A stretch of 64,000 bases of DNA from a virus. Lineage: Duplodnaviria; Caudoviricetes. The stretch covers positions 1 through 64,000 of the IMG/VR virus record IMGVR_UViG_2929541355_000001. One strand, given 5' to 3'. A program made the translations under genes and the position numbers. This document shows positions 63,106 through 64,000 of the stretch, one piece after another. Position 1 is the stretch's first letter, and the number at the start of each line of letters is the position of its first letter. The notes under the pieces were generated by a model. That model ran no database searches. It worked only from the letters and a program-made list of their open reading frames with translations, and was not told the DNA's origin.

Positions 63106-63998
63106 GCGGACAGCCCAGCCGCCCGCCGCCTCTGTTTCCATGCGGCCCTACAGGGTCGGCACGTCCGTTTCCCAGTCCGCGATACGGACGTGTTCACAGC
63201 GTTGAACGCGTGGCCGTTCTGGCAGTGCGTCTTCCGAGCGTTGATGGCGGATGGAGAGTTCCCGCGCATGGTGTTGGCCACCGAGTCCTCGGGCGCCAAG
63301 TGGGACGGATTGCAGCAGCGCCGATGGGGGCAGCCGAATCCCCCCTTGCATTCCTCTGCTCGGTGGCACAGGTGATCTATGGTCAGGCCGTCTGGGATAG
63401 GGCCCACGAACGTCTCGTAGACCAAGCGATGAGCCAGCGCGTGGCTGTCCCTGCTCTCTGTTCCTTTGGTATACGCGTACCCTCGCTTCGAAACTGCCCC
63501 TGTCCACGGCCAGCATTCTTCCGGCGCGCGCCGGTCGATGAGCCTCGTGAGACGCGCTTTGAGGTCGCCGTTCTGAATCTGCTGCACGACGAGCGGATCG
63601 CCGTACCGGCGCTTCCGGTATAGGTGTTTTTGGCACAGGCCGTGGCTCGCTGCGGCCCTCGGGTTCGGGCAGCCCTCAACCGCGCAGAGGGGCGCGGTGT
63701 CCCGATGGTGCTTCCCGTAGTGGTAGGAGCACCTTCCCTTTGAATCCACCGGTTTGTCGCAACCGTCCTCTGAGCACGTCGCCGACAAGGGGATCCTTCT
63801 TAGGCGACTAGGTGCGGGGTCGCCCGTCTTCTCCCAGCGGCGGAAGTGTTCGAGGCACCATCCCTTGCGTCGCGCCGCCCCGCTGCACTCCTCAATGGAG
63901 CATCGGGGCGGCAGTGGCGGCACCTTGCGCAAGGCAAGAGGGTCGCCATGGGCCCGCCATCTTTGGTAGTGCGTGGTGCACCAGCCGCGGACGTAGAC
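63102..63998 (-). CDS. HNH endonuclease with tandem Zn modules (5' end beyond window)
   Basis: CWPWTG, AHR..YE..VGPIPDGL.IDHLC...CCNP.HL; repeats C.....C...GWC..H. Confidence 0.9.
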   Translation of the reverse strand, partial: VYVRGWCTTHYQRWRAHGDPLALRKVPPLPPRCSIEECSGAARRKGWCLEHFRRWEKTGDPAPSRLRRIPLSATCSEDGCDKPVDSKGRCSYHYGKHHRDTAPLCAVEGCPNPRAAASHGLCQKHLYRKRRYGDPLVVQQIQNGDLKARLTRLIDRRAPEECWPWTGAVSKRGYAYTKGTESRDSHALAHRLVYETFVGPIPDGLTIDHLCHRAEECKGGFGCPHRRCCNPSHLAPEDSVANTMRGNSPSAINARKTHCQNGHAFNAVNTSVSRTGKRTCRPCRAAWKQRRRAAGLSA

Positions 63999-64000
63999 CG

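Larger units (their letters stand above)
1..64000. mobile_element. Streptomyces-type temperate siphovirus / phage-plasmid with conjugation module (partial)
   Basis: continuous phage early, replication, transfer and morphogenesis genes with no host housekeeping genes. Confidence 0.85.

Overview
High-GC actinobacterial (Streptomyces-type) DNA. The whole 64 kb looks like one temperate siphovirus or phage-plasmid, cut at both ends; no integrase, lysin/holin, tRNA or CRISPR is visible. 1-12.1 kb is mostly rightward early/middle genes (RusA, WhiB, SSB, HTH proteins, NERD nuclease, DUF6233, small cassettes). 12.2-28.7 kb is leftward: an MmyB-family regulator with a type III polyketide synthase, a Mom-like GNAT, a TGT/DpdA-like protein with a YhhQ/Vut transporter, morons, a lambda-O-like replication initiator with internal iterons, and an ABM monooxygenase with an XRE repressor. 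28.9-39.0 kb is a Streptomyces conjugation module (SpdB-like, TraA-like, TraB FtsK-type translocase, RapZ-C). 40-62 kb holds the head and tail genes (terminase to tail fibre, with the canonical -1 tail-chaperone frameshift), followed by a papain-like peptidase and an HNH endonuclease. The best candidate for an undescribed system is the phage-borne type III PKS plus ligand-binding MmyB regulator, behind a MARE-like box, possibly small-molecule signalling or host-development control. Also notable are a salvage-only 7-deazaguanine DNA-modification pair, the virion-plus-conjugation hybrid design, and two parallel predicted antisense-RNA switches. Family assignments come from motif recognition by eye; no database searches were run.
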